From Dehalococcoidia bacterium (GTDB taxonomy: Bacteria > Chloroflexota > Dehalococcoidia > Bin125), in assembly GCA_963555985.3 (NCBI GenBank), contig OY820591.1, positions 832,001-896,000 of the forward strand: 64,000 nucleotides of DNA, read 5' to 3'. Below the pieces are notes generated by a model, which had not been told where the DNA came from, made no database searches, and saw only the letters and a list, made by a program, of their open reading frames with translations. Shown here piece by piece: positions 1 to 11,151 of the stretch. Position 1 is the stretch's first letter, and each line of letters starts with the position of its first letter. Made by a program: the position numbers and the translations under genes.

Positions 1-376
1 AGGTCGCGCCGAGCGCCTCGAACTCCGGCTCCAGGTAGCCCGCACCCACGCCCAGAATCATGCGCCCGTTCGAGAGCACATCGGCGCTGGCGAATTCCTT
101 CGCCACCACGACCGGGTTGCGCTGCGCAATCAGCACAATGCCAGTGCCGAGCATCAGCCGTTCGGTCACCGCCGCCAGATATGTCAGCACGACCGAGGGA
201 TGCAGGAAGGGCAGGTCAGGCTCCGCCGGAGAGGGCGCGACACGCGGCTTAGGCAGTACCACGTGTTCGCCGCACCAGAGCGATTCAAGTCCCGCCGCCT
301 CCGCCGACTGCGCCACGCTGCGCAGCACGTCCGGATCCGCGACGCCCGAACCGAGGCCGAAAACGCCGAATTTCAT
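1..376 (-). CDS. LLM-class (probably F420-dependent) oxidoreductase, runs off the window edge
   Basis: Not in the ORF track; manual translation from ATG at 376: MKFGVFGLG...ESLWCGEHVVLP...LGTGIVLIAQRNPVVVAKEFASADVLSNGRMILGVGAGYLEPEF. Confidence 0.85.
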   Translation of the reverse strand, partial: MKFGVFGLGSGVADPDVLRSVAQSAEAAGLESLWCGEHVVLPKPRVAPSPAEPDLPFLHPSVVLTYLAAVTERLMLGTGIVLIAQRNPVVVAKEFASADVLSNGRMILGVGAGYLEPEFEALGAT

Positions 377-403
377 GGTCTGCTCCTTGCACTGAGAGAT
401 CGG

Positions 404-1756
404 TCAAGACTTGAGCAGCGTGTCAGTGAGGGTGACGTCATAGTTGCCGCTGCGGAATGGCTCGGTCTGGATCACCCGTTGCAGGAAAGGCACGTTGTGC
501 TTGAGGCCGTCGATCCGCGTGTCCTCCAGCGCCTCCGCAAGTCGTTCGAGTGCTTGCGAGCGGTCTGCCCCATGCACAATCAGCTTCGCCATGAGCGGAT
601 CATAGAAGTGCGAAACATCGTCGCCCGAAGCCACACCGGCGTCGAGCCGAAGCCAGTCGCGCTCGGGGACTTCGAGCGTGTCGATCGAGCCCGGCGAGGG
701 CAGCAGCGTCTCGGGGTCTTCGGCATACAGCCTCGTCTCTATTGCATGACCCGAGATCGGCGGCGGATCGCCGTAGCCCGGCAACTCCGAGAGCGGCTCG
801 CCGGCGGCGATCCGCAACTGCCACTCCACCAGGTCAAGCCCTGTCACCATCTCGGTCACCGGGTGCTCAACTTGCAGGCGAGTGTTCATTTCGAGGAAGA
901 AGATCTCGCCCGACGCATCCAGCAGACATTCGACCGTACCCGCGTTGCGGTACTGGAGACCGCCGACGGCGGCGCGAACCTGCGCGTAGAGCCGTTCACG
1001 CAGCGCATCGGTCAACTGTGGAGCCGGCGCGGGCGCCTCCTCAATCACTTTCTGATGCCGTCGCTGAACCGAGCACTCGCGGTCGCCGAGGATGACCGCC
1101 CCGCCCTGCCCGTCTCCGAAGACCTGCAACTCAATGTGGTGCGGCTCGACCAGCAGCCGTTCGAGGTAGACCTCGCCCGATCCGAAGGCGCGCTCGGCGG
1201 AAGAGCGCGCGCGGCGAAGCGAGCGGGCGAACTGCGCTTCGCGGCGCACGGTCGCCATGCCGATCCCGCCGCCGCCGTAGGAGGCCTTGATCAGCAAGGG
1301 GTAGCCAACCTCGGCGGCAATCGCTTCGGCGTCTTCGTCGTCAACTGTGGCGGCCGAGCCCGGGATCACGGGCATACCCAGTTCGCGCATCGTCGCGCGG
1401 GCCTGGTTCTTGTTACCCATCAGCTCCATATGCTCAGGCGCGGGACCAATGAAAGTGATCCCGCGGGCCTCACAGGCTTGGGCGAAGTGCGCGTTTTCGG
1501 AGAGTAGGCCGTAGCCCGGATGCACGGCGTCGCAGTCGGCGTTGACGGCCGCGTCGAGCACGGCCTCGACGTTGATGTAGGACTCGGCGACGGGTGCCGC
1601 ACCGATGTGAGTCGCGCCGTCCGCTTCGCGGACATGCAGCGCGTCGGCGTCGGCGACGGAATAGACGGCATGGGAGGTGATCCCCAGCCGTCGGCAGGTA
1701 CGGGAGACGCGGGCGGCGATCTCGCCGCGGTTGGCGATCAGAACGCGGCGGAACAT
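404..1756 (-). CDS. accC: Biotin carboxylase subunit of an acyl-CoA carboxylase
   Basis: VLIANRGEIA, HPGYGLLSENA, RECSVQRRHQKVIEEAP, FLEMNTRLQVEHPVTE motifs. Confidence 0.93.
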   Translation of the reverse strand: MFRRVLIANRGEIAARVSRTCRRLGITSHAVYSVADADALHVREADGATHIGAAPVAESYINVEAVLDAAVNADCDAVHPGYGLLSENAHFAQACEARGITFIGPAPEHMELMGNKNQARATMRELGMPVIPGSAATVDDEDAEAIAAEVGYPLLIKASYGGGGIGMATVRREAQFARSLRRARSSAERAFGSGEVYLERLLVEPHHIELQVFGDGQGGAVILGDRECSVQRRHQKVIEEAPAPAPQLTDALRERLYAQVRAAVGGLQYRNAGTVECLLDASGEIFFLEMNTRLQVEHPVTEMVTGLDLVEWQLRIAAGEPLSELPGYGDPPPISGHAIETRLYAEDPETLLPSPGSIDTLEVPERDWLRLDAGVASGDDVSHFYDPLMAKLIVHGADRSQALERLAEALEDTRIDGLKHNVPFLQRVIQTEPFRSGNYDVTLTDTLLKS

Positions 1757-1762
1757 GGCGAG

Positions 1763-1978
1763 CTATTCGGCGATCGTGACGAGCGTGTCGCCTTCCTGCA
1801 CCTGATCGCCTTGCGCAATGTGAATCTCCGCCACACTGCCGTCGATCGGGGCTTCGACCGGGATCTCCATCTTCATCGATTCGAGAATGACGAGTTCGTC
1901 GCCCTCTTCGACCGCGTCGCCGACTGCGGCGATCAACTCAAAGATGGTGCCCGCCATCGGCGACTTCACCTCAGCCAT
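1763..1978 (-). CDS. accB: Biotin carboxyl carrier protein
   Basis: 71-aa biotinyl domain with ESMKME; adjacent to biotin carboxylase. Confidence 0.88.
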   Translation of the reverse strand: MAEVKSPMAGTIFELIAAVGDAVEEGDELVILESMKMEIPVEAPIDGSVAEIHIAQGDQVQEGDTLVTIAE

Positions 1979-2087
1979 GTTTGCGCCCCCTGTCTCACTT
2001 GCTCAATCGTGTCCGCTTGGATGGTGGCCTACAGTATGGGCTGACGCGCGCCTACAGGCGAACGCGCGTCAGCGGGGGAGGACGCAG

Positions 2088-2276
2088 ATGCGGCGTGAAC
2101 TGGTCGAGCGGCTGGTCTGTCCGGTCACGCGCGAGCCGTTGGAGTTGGAAGTGGAGCAGGAAGGGGAGGACGGCGAGGTGCTCAGCGGCTGGCTCTACTC
2201 CGCAGCGCTCGATTTCCGCTACCCGATTGAGGATGGAATCCCCAACCTCTTGCCGCCGGATATGCAACGACGCTGA
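2088..2276 (+). CDS. Trm112-family protein
   Basis: LVCPVTREPL...YPIEDGIPNLLP signature; start placed at ATG 2088. Confidence 0.85.
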   Translation: MRRELVERLVCPVTREPLELEVEQEGEDGEVLSGWLYSAALDFRYPIEDGIPNLLPPDMQRR

Positions 2277-2293
2277 AGACAAGATCGACCGAG

Positions 2294-2827
2294 ATGCGGC
2301 TCGAACTGCCCAACGGCGTTGTGCTCCGGCCTTGGGACGCCGCCTGGCGCGACGGCGACCAAGAGCGGTTCCTGACCCTTGCCGACGACTATGACGTCTG
2401 GATCAATCTGCGCGATCGCTTTCCCCATCCATACACGCGAGCCGACGCTGAGTTCTGGGTCGCGCTCAACTCGGATCAGGATCCGGTGACGCAGTTCGCC
2501 ATCTGCGACGCGGCGGGCCCGATCGGCGGCATTGGCTTGGATCTGCGCGAAGCCGACTATCGGCACTCAGCCGAGGTCGGCTACTGGCTGGGGCAGCCGT
2601 TCTGGGGTCGCGGGATTGCGACTCATGCGCTGCGAGCGGTGACCGCGTACGGCTTCGAGCGGCTTGGCCTCATCCGGATCGAAGCGCATGTGAAGTCGGG
2701 CAACGACGCTTCAGCGCAGGTGCTGCTGAAGCAGGGATACGAGCAGGAAGGGCTGCTGCGCAAAGCCGCGCTCAAAGAAGGCGTGCCGGTGGACTATCTG
2801 ATCTTTGCCGTCTTGCGCGAGGAGTGA
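2294..2827 (+). CDS. GNAT acetyltransferase (RimJ/RimL type)
   Basis: LRDRFPHPYT, AEVGYWLG..FWGRGIAT, N.AS..VL.K.G. Confidence 0.88.
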   Translation: MRLELPNGVVLRPWDAAWRDGDQERFLTLADDYDVWINLRDRFPHPYTRADAEFWVALNSDQDPVTQFAICDAAGPIGGIGLDLREADYRHSAEVGYWLGQPFWGRGIATHALRAVTAYGFERLGLIRIEAHVKSGNDASAQVLLKQGYEQEGLLRKAALKEGVPVDYLIFAVLREE

Positions 2828-2931
2828 GCGGTCAGAGGTCTCGATCTACTTGACCAGAACGGCGGCGCTCTCCCGCGCGTCCACCAATTGACAGACAGCG
2901 CGGCGGAGACTCGGTACGCTCGCTGACAACA

Positions 2932-2972
2932 GTTGGACTTTAATCCGGTCCCGTGAGGCCGGAAAGGACAAC
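2932..2972 (+). promoter_or_regulatory. PyrR-binding RNA stem-loop
   Basis: CTTTAATCCGGTCCCGTGAGGCCGGAAAG resembles the PyrR binding-loop consensus (UCCNGNGAGG) and lies directly upstream of pyrR. Confidence 0.8.
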
Positions 2973-2975
2973 GCG

Positions 2976-3590
2976 GTGACGAATTCCCTCCCGGCTCAGG
3001 GCGTACCACGCGCGCGCGGCGAGTTGCGTGGACGTGAACTGGACGAAGCGGCGCTGACCCGCGCCCTGACCCGGATCGCTCACGAGATCGTCGAACGGCA
3101 TCCCGAACCTGACCCGCTCGTACTGGTGGGAATGCGCACTCGCGGCGTGCCCCTGGCCGAACGTCTGGCGCTGGCGATTGAGCGAATCGACGGACGACAG
3201 ATTCCGGTCGGCGCGATTGACATCTCCCTCTACCGCGACGACCTCGCGCAGCGTCCGCACGCGCGCATCCAACCGAGCCGGATTCCGTTTGATATCGATG
3301 GCGCGACGATCGTGCTGGTGGATGATGTGTTGTTCACCGGGCGTTCGATCCGGGCTGCGCTGGATGCGCTGATCGATTACGGACGTCCGGCGGTGATCGA
3401 GCTAGCGGTGCTGGTCGACCGGGGTCACCGCGAGCTGCCAATTCGAGCCGACTACGTGGGCAAGAACATCCCTACGCGGCGCTCGGACGATGTGCGAGTG
3501 CGTCTCTTTGAGACCGACGACGAGGATGACGTAACGGTGTATGCGGCCAGTCTGGACGCTCGTGGATCGGAGTACCAGCGTGGTCGCTGA
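2976..3590 (+). CDS. pyrR: Bifunctional pyr operon regulator / uracil phosphoribosyltransferase
   Basis: [59 protein letters not shown]. Confidence 0.96.
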   Translation: MTNSLPAQGVPRARGELRGRELDEAALTRALTRIAHEIVERHPEPDPLVLVGMRTRGVPLAERLALAIERIDGRQIPVGAIDISLYRDDLAQRPHARIQPSRIPFDIDGATIVLVDDVLFTGRSIRAALDALIDYGRPAVIELAVLVDRGHRELPIRADYVGKNIPTRRSDDVRVRLFETDDEDDVTVYAASLDARGSEYQRGR

Positions 3591-4599
3591 ACCCGTGCGC
3601 ATTGGCAACCATGCCTCGTCTGCGCCGCTCGAAAACGCCGAGATGCAGTGGGCACACCGACATCTGTTGGATGTCGATGTGCTCTCGCGCGATGAGATCG
3701 AGCAGGTACTAGATACCGCCCAGGCGATGGCGGAAGTGCTGGAGCGTCCCGTCGCTCGAACGCCCGCGCTGCGCGGAGTGACGGTGTTCAACCTCTTCTA
3801 CGAGGCCAGCACACGCACGCGCGGCTCGTTCGAGCTGGCAGGCAAAGTGCTGGGCGCGGACGTGATCAACCTGACCGGCTCCGGCTCCTCAGTGGAGAAG
3901 GGCGAGTCGCTGGTCAACACGCTGAAGACGCTGGCTGCGGTGGGCGCTGACGTAGTGGTGATGCGGCATCCCGCCTCGGGTGCTCCCTATCTTGCCGCGC
4001 GGACAATCGACGGACACATCATCAATGCGGGCGACGGACAGCACGCGCATCCCACGCAGGCGCTGCTGGATGCCTACATCCTGCGCCGTGAGCTGGGCGA
4101 TCTGGACGGACGACGGGTCGTGATCGTGGGCGACGTCCTGCACTCGCGGGTGGCGCGCTCCAATGTGTGGTCGTTAACGACGTTGGGCGCCGAGGTAACG
4201 CTGGTCGCGCCGCGCTCGCTGGTACCGGTTGGACTGGTGAACGGCACAGCTGATTTGGAACACCCGCTGTCGCTGCCGCCCGTTGAAGTAGAGCCGGATC
4301 TGGATCGAGCAATCGTTGGCGCGGACGCAGTGATGGCGCTGCGCACACAGCGTGAGCGGATGCGCGGGGCGCTGCTGCCGAGCGTGGCTGAATTTGCCCG
4401 CCGCTATCAGGTCACTTCAGAGCGGCTGGCCCAAGCGGCGACGCACGCCGTCTTAATGCACCCAGGGCCGATGAACGAAGGAGTCGAGATCGCCTCGGAT
4501 GTGGCGCATGGGCCGCAGAGTCAGATTGAAGCGCAAGTAGCTGCTGGGCTGGCGGTGCGAATGGCGGTGCTGTTCCTGCTGGTCAGGGGGGCGCCATGA
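3580..4599 (+). CDS. pyrB: Aspartate carbamoyltransferase catalytic subunit
   Basis: [34 protein letters not shown]; start uncertain (GTG 3580 or ATG 3643). Confidence 0.95.
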   Translation: MVAEPVRIGNHASSAPLENAEMQWAHRHLLDVDVLSRDEIEQVLDTAQAMAEVLERPVARTPALRGVTVFNLFYEASTRTRGSFELAGKVLGADVINLTGSGSSVEKGESLVNTLKTLAAVGADVVVMRHPASGAPYLAARTIDGHIINAGDGQHAHPTQALLDAYILRRELGDLDGRRVVIVGDVLHSRVARSNVWSLTTLGAEVTLVAPRSLVPVGLVNGTADLEHPLSLPPVEVEPDLDRAIVGADAVMALRTQRERMRGALLPSVAEFARRYQVTSERLAQAATHAVLMHPGPMNEGVEIASDVAHGPQSQIEAQVAAGLAVRMAVLFLLVRGAP

Positions 4600-5906
4600 C
4601 ACACATCCTGATTCGCGGGGGACGGATCATTGATCCGTTGCGGGACATTGACGAGCAGCTTGACGTGTTGATCGAGTCCGATCGGATCGCAGCGACAGGA
4701 AGGCGCTTGGACGCGCCCGGCGCGGAGATCATCGAAGCCGCAGGACTCGTCGTCACACCCGGATTCGTCGATCTGCACACCCATCTGCGGGAGCCGGGGC
4801 AGGAACACAAGGAGACGATTCGCACAGGAGCCGAAGCGGCCGCGCGAGGCGGGTTTACCACCATCTGCGCGATGCCGAATACGGAACCGGCGCTCGATTC
4901 GGCCGCGGTGATCGAGGGGATGCTGGAGCGGGCTCGAGATGCAGCGGTGCGAGTCTTGCCGATCGGCGCAGTCACGGTCGGGCGCAAAGGACGCGAACTG
5001 ACGGAGATGGCCGCCTTGCGCGATGCTGGCGCGGTAGCTGTGTCTGACGACGGCGATGCGGTGGCGGACGCAGCAGTGGCGCGGCGAGCATTTGAGTATC
5101 TCGCCGATCTGGATATGCCGTTGGCAGAGCACTGCGAGCATCCGGCATTGTCGGGCGGTGGCGTGATGCATGAGGGAGTGGTGTCTACCCGGCTCGGACT
5201 GCGCGGGCAACCGACGTCGGCAGAACTGGCGATCGTGCAACGCGACATCGCACTGGCGGAAGCGGCGGGCGCACAGCTGCATTGCTGTCATCTGTCCACT
5301 GAGGCCGCACTCAGCGCCGTCGCCGACGCGAAGGCTCGCGGCGTGCAGGTCACAGCAGAAGTGACGCCGCATCACCTGATGCTGGATCACTCGGCGGTCG
5401 CCGGCAGCGGTCCGCCCTTGGCCTATGACACGAGCGCGAAAGTGAATCCGCCACTCCGTACCGAGGCCGATGTCCGCGCCTGCGTGGATGCGCTGGCGGC
5501 GGGCGTTGTCGATGCGGTGGCGACGGATCACGCGCCTCATGCGGCAGTGGACAAGGATTGTGAGTTTGACACTGCGGCGTTCGGGATTTCGGGACTTGAA
5601 TCGGCCTGGCCGGTTGTGAATACGCTGGTTCAACGCAGCCAGATCTCGCTGCCGGATGCGATTGAGCGACTGACGATTGGCCCGGTGCTGGCTTGGAATC
5701 TTGACCGCGTGGAGCCGGGCTTGGGCACGCTCCAAGTTGGCGCGCCGGCTGATCTCGCTTTGCTCTCCACCGAAACCGTGACTCGGATCGACTCCCAGTC
5801 GTGGGCTTCGATGGGCAAGAACACTCCCTTCAATGGCCATTCGCTGAGCGGTGTGGTCGCACTGACGATCTCGCGCGGGCGGATCGTCTGGGACGGACGC
5901 GAATGA
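4596..5906 (+). CDS. pyrC: Dihydroorotase
   Basis: DLHTHLREPG, MPNT.P, EVTPHHL, KVNPPLR, ATDHAPH. Confidence 0.95.
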   Translation: MTHILIRGGRIIDPLRDIDEQLDVLIESDRIAATGRRLDAPGAEIIEAAGLVVTPGFVDLHTHLREPGQEHKETIRTGAEAAARGGFTTICAMPNTEPALDSAAVIEGMLERARDAAVRVLPIGAVTVGRKGRELTEMAALRDAGAVAVSDDGDAVADAAVARRAFEYLADLDMPLAEHCEHPALSGGGVMHEGVVSTRLGLRGQPTSAELAIVQRDIALAEAAGAQLHCCHLSTEAALSAVADAKARGVQVTAEVTPHHLMLDHSAVAGSGPPLAYDTSAKVNPPLRTEADVRACVDALAAGVVDAVATDHAPHAAVDKDCEFDTAAFGISGLESAWPVVNTLVQRSQISLPDAIERLTIGPVLAWNLDRVEPGLGTLQVGAPADLALLSTETVTRIDSQSWASMGKNTPFNGHSLSGVVALTISRGRIVWDGRE

Positions 5907-7027
5907 TGCCGGAACCTGCGGGCGAAGCCGCCCTTGTCTTGGCCGACGGCGCGATCTTCCGGGGAATCGCGTTGGGGTCGGCCACTGACACCTGGGGCGA
6001 AGTCGTCTTCAATACCTCGATGACGGGGTATCAGGAGATGCTCACCGATCCGTCGTACGCGGGCCAGATTTTGGTGCTGACGTATCCGTTGATCGGGAAC
6101 TATGGGATTGATCCGCCGATCGACGAATCACGGCAGGTGCAGGTACGTGGATTGGTAGTGCGGAGCGAGTGCGACTCGCCCTCGCATCCGCGCGGAGGGA
6201 TGCGGCTGCACGACTACCTCGTCGCTGCGGACATCCCTGGGATCGCCGGCGTCGATACGCGCGCGATTACGCGGCGCATTCGGCACGAGGGTGTGATGCA
6301 AGGCATGATCGTGCCAGTCACCGAGGCGGAAGAGGCTCGTGAGCGCTTGGCCAAGCTGCCCGACTACGACTCCCAGGACTTCATCTCGGTCGGCGCCGAC
6401 CAAGCTTATCTCTGGGATGGCGAGCCGCGACCCCTGAGTCGCGCCGATAACCTCGACGGCGACGCGCCCCACATCGTCGTGCTCGATCAGGGCTTGAAGT
6501 ACAACATTCTGCGCAATCTGCGCCGGCGCGGTTGCCGCGTCACCGCCATGCCGCCCACGAGCGGCGTCGAAGACATCCTCTCGCTGGAGCCGTCCGGCGT
6601 CCTGCTCGCGCCCGGCCCGGGCGACCCCGCCATGCGCGAGCTCCAGGTCCAGACCGCGACCGCTTTGATCGGCAAGCTGCCGGTGATGGGCATCTGCCTC
6701 GGCCATCAGGTGCTCGGACGCGCATTCGGCGCGGACACCTTCAAGCTCAAGTTCGGCCATCGCGGCGGCAATCACCCGGTCCTCGAAGTCGCCACCGGCC
6801 GTGTCGCGATCACGGCCCAAAATCACGGCTACGCCGTCGATCCCGACGGACTCTCAGCCGATGTCGAGGTTTCCCACATCAACCTCCATGACGACACGGT
6901 CGAAGGTCTACGGCACCGAACCGAGCCAGTGTTCTCGATCCAGTACCACGCTGAGGCGTCCCCTGGTCCATTGGACAACGGAATGCTCTTCGACCACTTC
7001 CTCAAGCTGATCCACGAGGCCGGCTGA
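5903..7027 (+). CDS. carA: Carbamoyl-phosphate synthase small subunit
   Basis: GEVVFNTSMTGYQEMLTDPSY, GICLGHQ, KFGHRGGNHPV, QNHGYAV, QYHAEASPGP. Confidence 0.96.
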   Translation: MMPEPAGEAALVLADGAIFRGIALGSATDTWGEVVFNTSMTGYQEMLTDPSYAGQILVLTYPLIGNYGIDPPIDESRQVQVRGLVVRSECDSPSHPRGGMRLHDYLVAADIPGIAGVDTRAITRRIRHEGVMQGMIVPVTEAEEARERLAKLPDYDSQDFISVGADQAYLWDGEPRPLSRADNLDGDAPHIVVLDQGLKYNILRNLRRRGCRVTAMPPTSGVEDILSLEPSGVLLAPGPGDPAMRELQVQTATALIGKLPVMGICLGHQVLGRAFGADTFKLKFGHRGGNHPVLEVATGRVAITAQNHGYAVDPDGLSADVEVSHINLHDDTVEGLRHRTEPVFSIQYHAEASPGPLDNGMLFDHFLKLIHEAG

Positions 7028-7061
7028 GACCCCGCCGGCAGACGGAGACGAGACCAGCGAC

Positions 7062-7529
7062 ATGAGCCACTCCAGCGCCGACACACTCGAATACCGCCGC
7101 GCGATCGGCGCCGATGCCGATGCCGTCGCCGCCGTCATCCGCGATGTCGTGGAAGGACCCAATCCGGTCGTGTTTGATCGTCCTCTCAGCGCCGAAGACG
7201 TAACGACCTGGCTCGCGCGACTCGGCGAGAGCGGCGCGATCTACGTCGCCGTCGACGACGATTCGGTGATCGGCTTCGGCGCGCTCGACTTCAATACCCA
7301 GAACTTCCAGACCGCCACCCTCGGCGTCTGGATTCGCTCCGAATGGCGCCGCAGAGGTATCGGTACGATCCTTGCGGAGTACCTGCTCGAACACGCGCGC
7401 GAACAGAAGTTTCGGCGGATCGTGGGCAGCTTGCCTGAGAACAACGAGGCTGCGCTCTCGTTCCTGAGCGCGATTGGCGGATTGGTGCCGCTGCTCAACC
7501 CCGAGTCTCGATTCGAGTTGCCCTTGTGA
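7062..7529 (+). CDS. GNAT-family acetyltransferase
   Basis: WRRRGIGT acetyl-CoA loop, N.AALSF motif. Confidence 0.75.
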   Translation: MSHSSADTLEYRRAIGADADAVAAVIRDVVEGPNPVVFDRPLSAEDVTTWLARLGESGAIYVAVDDDSVIGFGALDFNTQNFQTATLGVWIRSEWRRRGIGTILAEYLLEHAREQKFRRIVGSLPENNEAALSFLSAIGGLVPLLNPESRFELPL

Positions 7530-7559
7530 CGCGCGTATCCAGGCAGACCGGCGGACGCG

Positions 7560-7793
7560 ATGTACTTGCGGCTCCTCGCTGCGGCGGCTGGTTGTTTCGC
7601 CATTGGCGCGGGCACGCTGACGGTCGCAATCGTCTGTATCGCTGGAGCAATAGAGATCGGCTGCGAGCTCTGGCTGCTGGGGCCGCTCACGATGTGGCCG
7701 CTGGCAATCGGTTTGGCATTCCTCGCGCGAGCTGCGAGAGCTCCCCTGGACGACGGCATTACTCAAGACGGGACTCCCAGTGACGAAACCTGA
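7560..7793 (+). CDS. Small hypothetical membrane protein (about two TM segments)
   Basis: Two hydrophobic stretches; fills the gap and overlaps the carB start. Confidence 0.5.
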   Translation: MYLRLLAAAAGCFAIGAGTLTVAIVCIAGAIEIGCELWLLGPLTMWPLAIGLAFLARAARAPLDDGITQDGTPSDET

Positions 7794-10700
7794 ATCGGTC
7801 CTGATCATCGGTTCCGGCCCGATCGTGATCGGCCAGGCCGCCGAATTCGACTACGCCGGCACCCAGGCCTGCAAAGCGATGCGCGAAGAGGGCGTCCGTT
7901 CGATCCTGGTCAACTCGAACCCCGCCACGATCATGACCGACGAGGGCGTTGCCGATGCGGTCTACATCGAGCCGCTCACGGTTGAGGTGCTGCGCCGCGT
8001 GATTGAGCGCGAACGCCCCGAGGGACTGCTGCCGACGCTCGGCGGGCAGGTCGGCCTCAACCTCGCCGTCGAATTGCATGACGCCGGCATCCTCGACGAA
8101 TTCAACGTCCGCCTGCTGGGGACGCCGCTCGACGCGATTCGCCGCGCCGAAGACCGTGAGCTCTTCCGCGACGCGATGCGCGAGATCGGCGAGCCGACCC
8201 CCCCCTCGGCGATCGTCCACACACTCGCCGAGGCGCGCGAAGCGCTGGAGGAGATCGGCCTCCCCGTCGCGATCCGCCCCGCCTACACGCTCGGTGGAAC
8301 CGGCGGCGGCTTCGTCCGCACGATGGATGAGTTTGAACGCGTCGTCCAGAACGGCCTCGACGCCTCCCCGATCACCCAGGTGCTCGTCGAACGATCCCTG
8401 CTCGGCTGGAAAGAGGTCGAGTACGAGGTCATGCGCGACAGCGCCGACACCTGCATCACGATCTGCAACATGGAGAACCTCGACCCGATGGGCGTCCACA
8501 CCGGCGACTCGATCGTCGTCGCGCCCTCCCAGACGCTCTCCGACAAGGACTACCAGCTACTCCGCTCGGCCTCGCTCAACATCATCCGCTCACTTGGCAT
8601 CGAAGGCGGCTGCAACGTCCAGCTCGCGCTCGCGCCTCGCCCCGATGTCGTCGCCTGGCCGCCCGAATCCCAACCCGAGCACGGCGGCGTCGGCGTCCCT
8701 CACGACGAACCGCTGCCCTACTACGTGATCGAAGTCAACCCGCGCGTCTCCCGCTCGTCGGCCCTCGCTTCCAAGGCTACCGGCTACCCGATCGCCCGCG
8801 TCGCGGCCAAGATCGCCACCGGCAAACGCCTCGACGAGATCCCCAACCAGGTCACCGGACGCACCCAAGCCGCCTTTGAGCCAGCCCTCGACTACTGCGT
8901 CGTCAAGATCCCGCGCTGGCCCTTCGACAAGTTCGAGGCCGGCGATCGCGTGCTCGGCACCCAGATGAAGGCCACCGGCGAGGTCATGGCGATCGACCGC
9001 ACCTTCGAAGCCGCCCTACAGAAGGCGGTCCGCTCGCTCGAGGTCGGCGGACGGTCCGTCCTCTGGGAGGACTCAGAGATCGATTCCTCCCCTACCGAAG
9101 CCGCGGCCGTGCCCACTGACAATCGCATCTGGCACCTGCTCGCCGCCATCCGCGCCGATATCTCCGTCGACGAGATCGCCCACACCTCCGGCGTCGATCC
9201 CTGGTTCCTCGAACGCCTCGAAACCATCGTCAACATGGAGCGTCGGCTGCTCGCCGAGCCGCTCACCCCCGCGCTGCTGCGGGCAGCCAAACGGATGGGT
9301 TTCGCAGACGAACAGATCGCGAATCTCGCGGGGGATGTCGGCGAGCGTGTCCGTGAGCTCCGCCGCGAGTGGGGCATCGCACCCGTCTACAAGATGGTCG
9401 ATACGTGCGCGGCCGAATTCGACGCGGTCACGCCCTACTTCTACTCGACCTATGAGGAGGAGAATGAGGCGATACCGGAGCCGGGTCCGCGGGCGTTGGT
9501 AGTCGGTTCGGGGCCGATTCGGATTGGGCAGGGGATCGAGTTCGACTACGCCTCGGTCAAGGCGGCGCAAGCACTGCGCAGCGCGGGCTGGGCCGCGGTG
9601 ATGGCGAACAGCAACCCCGAGACCGTCTCGACCGACTTCGACACCTCCGATCGGCTCTACTTCGAGCCGCTGGACGAAGAGGCGGTGCGGGACATTCTGG
9701 AGAACGAGGATGGGGCGCTGAGCAACGGCTCTTTGGATTACGACATCCGGACGGATGGCGGAGAAGTCTCCTCGATTCTCCAGTTCGGAGGGCAGACGGC
9801 GATCAATCTCGCCAATCCGCTGACCAGCGCGGCACGGCCGATTCTGGGTTCCCCGGCGGACGTGATTGATCTGGCCGAGGATCGGCGGCGATTCGAACGT
9901 TTCCTTGCCGATCTGGGTATTCCGCAGCCGCCCGGGACGGCGGTGAACAGCGTCGATGAGGCGGTGCTGGCGGCGGACGCGATTGGCTATCCGGTGCTGG
10001 TGCGGCCGTCGTATGTATTGGGCGGGCGGGCGATGGAGATCGTGCAGGGCGTGGGCGATCTCGCGCGCTACGTCACGCAAGCGCAGGCGGCTGCCCCAGG
10101 CAAGCCAGTGCTGATTGACAAGTATCTGGCCGGGATTGAAGTCGAGGTGGATGCGATTTGCGGCGGGCCGGACGACGGCGCGGTGCTGATTCCGGGGATC
10201 ATGGAGCATATCGAGCGCGCGGGCGTGCATTCGGGCGACAGCATGGCGGTCTATCCGGCGCCCAATCTCCGCGCCGGTGAGGTGGGCAAGATCATCGAAT
10301 ACACGCGCCAGATCGGGGTCGGGTTGGGCGTGAGCGGGTTGATGAACATCCAGTACGTGGTGATGCGTGATCGCGATGGCGCTGATGGGGACGTGTATGT
10401 GTTGGAGGTGAACCCTCGCGCCAGCCGGACGGTGCCGTTCCTGAGCAAGGTGACCGGCGTGCCGATGGTCGAGGTCGCGGTGCGGGCGATGCTGGGGGAG
10501 ACGCTGGCGGCGCAGGGGTATCCGAGTGGGCTCTGGCCGACTACGCCGCTGGTGGCGATCAAGGCGCCGGTGTTCAGTATGTCGAAGCTGTCGGGGGTGG
10601 ATACTCATCTTGGTCCTGAGATGAAGTCGACTGGCGAGGTGATGGGCGTCGATGTCGATTACGACCGCGCGCTCAAGAAGGCGTTGATGGGGGCGGGGAT

Positions 10701-11133
10701 GGCGCTGCCGGCGCAAGGGCGGGCGCTGCTGAGTATTGCCGACCAGGACAAGGCGCAGGCGCTGGGACTGATTCGCAATCTGGGTGACGCCGGCTATCGC
10801 TTTCATGCGACTCACGGCACTGCCAACCTGATTCGGGGCCTGGGCTACGAGGTGACGGAAGCGCCGAAGCGCGAGATGACCGGCGATCCGGACGTGATTG
10901 ATCTGATTCGATCGGGCGGGGTTGATCTGGTGGTCAACACACCTGAGAACACGTCGGTGACGATCCGCGACGGGTTCCACATTCGCCGCGCCGCCGCCGA
11001 GCAGCGGATCCCGTGCTTCACGAGCATTGATACCGCCAATCACGCAGTGGCGGCGATGGTCGCGCCGGCGGACACGGGTGCGGAGGACTATCACGTGGCG
11101 CCGCTGCCCGAGTACACGGCGGGCCGCGTCTAA
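7780..11133 (+). CDS. carB: Carbamoyl-phosphate synthase large subunit
   Basis: [18 protein letters not shown], duplicated ATP-grasp halves, [19 protein letters not shown]-terminal MGS domain. Confidence 0.97.
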   Translation: MTKPESVLIIGSGPIVIGQAAEFDYAGTQACKAMREEGVRSILVNSNPATIMTDEGVADAVYIEPLTVEVLRRVIERERPEGLLPTLGGQVGLNLAVELHDAGILDEFNVRLLGTPLDAIRRAEDRELFRDAMREIGEPTPPSAIVHTLAEAREALEEIGLPVAIRPAYTLGGTGGGFVRTMDEFERVVQNGLDASPITQVLVERSLLGWKEVEYEVMRDSADTCITICNMENLDPMGVHTGDSIVVAPSQTLSDKDYQLLRSASLNIIRSLGIEGGCNVQLALAPRPDVVAWPPESQPEHGGVGVPHDEPLPYYVIEVNPRVSRSSALASKATGYPIARVAAKIATGKRLDEIPNQVTGRTQAAFEPALDYCVVKIPRWPFDKFEAGDRVLGTQMKATGEVMAIDRTFEAALQKAVRSLEVGGRSVLWEDSEIDSSPTEAAAVPTDNRIWHLLAAIRADISVDEIAHTSGVDPWFLERLETIVNMERRLLAEPLTPALLRAAKRMGFADEQIANLAGDVGERVRELRREWGIAPVYKMVDTCAAEFDAVTPYFYSTYEEENEAIPEPGPRALVVGSGPIRIGQGIEFDYASVKAAQALRSAGWAAVMANSNPETVSTDFDTSDRLYFEPLDEEAVRDILENEDGALSNGSLDYDIRTDGGEVSSILQFGGQTAINLANPLTSAARPILGSPADVIDLAEDRRRFERFLADLGIPQPPGTAVNSVDEAVLAADAIGYPVLVRPSYVLGGRAMEIVQGVGDLARYVTQAQAAAPGKPVLIDKYLAGIEVEVDAICGGPDDGAVLIPGIMEHIERAGVHSGDSMAVYPAPNLRAGEVGKIIEYTRQIGVGLGVSGLMNIQYVVMRDRDGADGDVYVLEVNPRASRTVPFLSKVTGVPMVEVAVRAMLGETLAAQGYPSGLWPTTPLVAIKAPVFSMSKLSGVDTHLGPEMKSTGEVMGVDVDYDRALKKALMGAGMALPAQGRALLSIADQDKAQALGLIRNLGDAGYRFHATHGTANLIRGLGYEVTEAPKREMTGDPDVIDLIRSGGVDLVVNTPENTSVTIRDGFHIRRAAAEQRIPCFTSIDTANHAVAAMVAPADTGAEDYHVAPLPEYTAGRV

Positions 11134-11151
11134 GCGGGCGCTGGAGCGATC

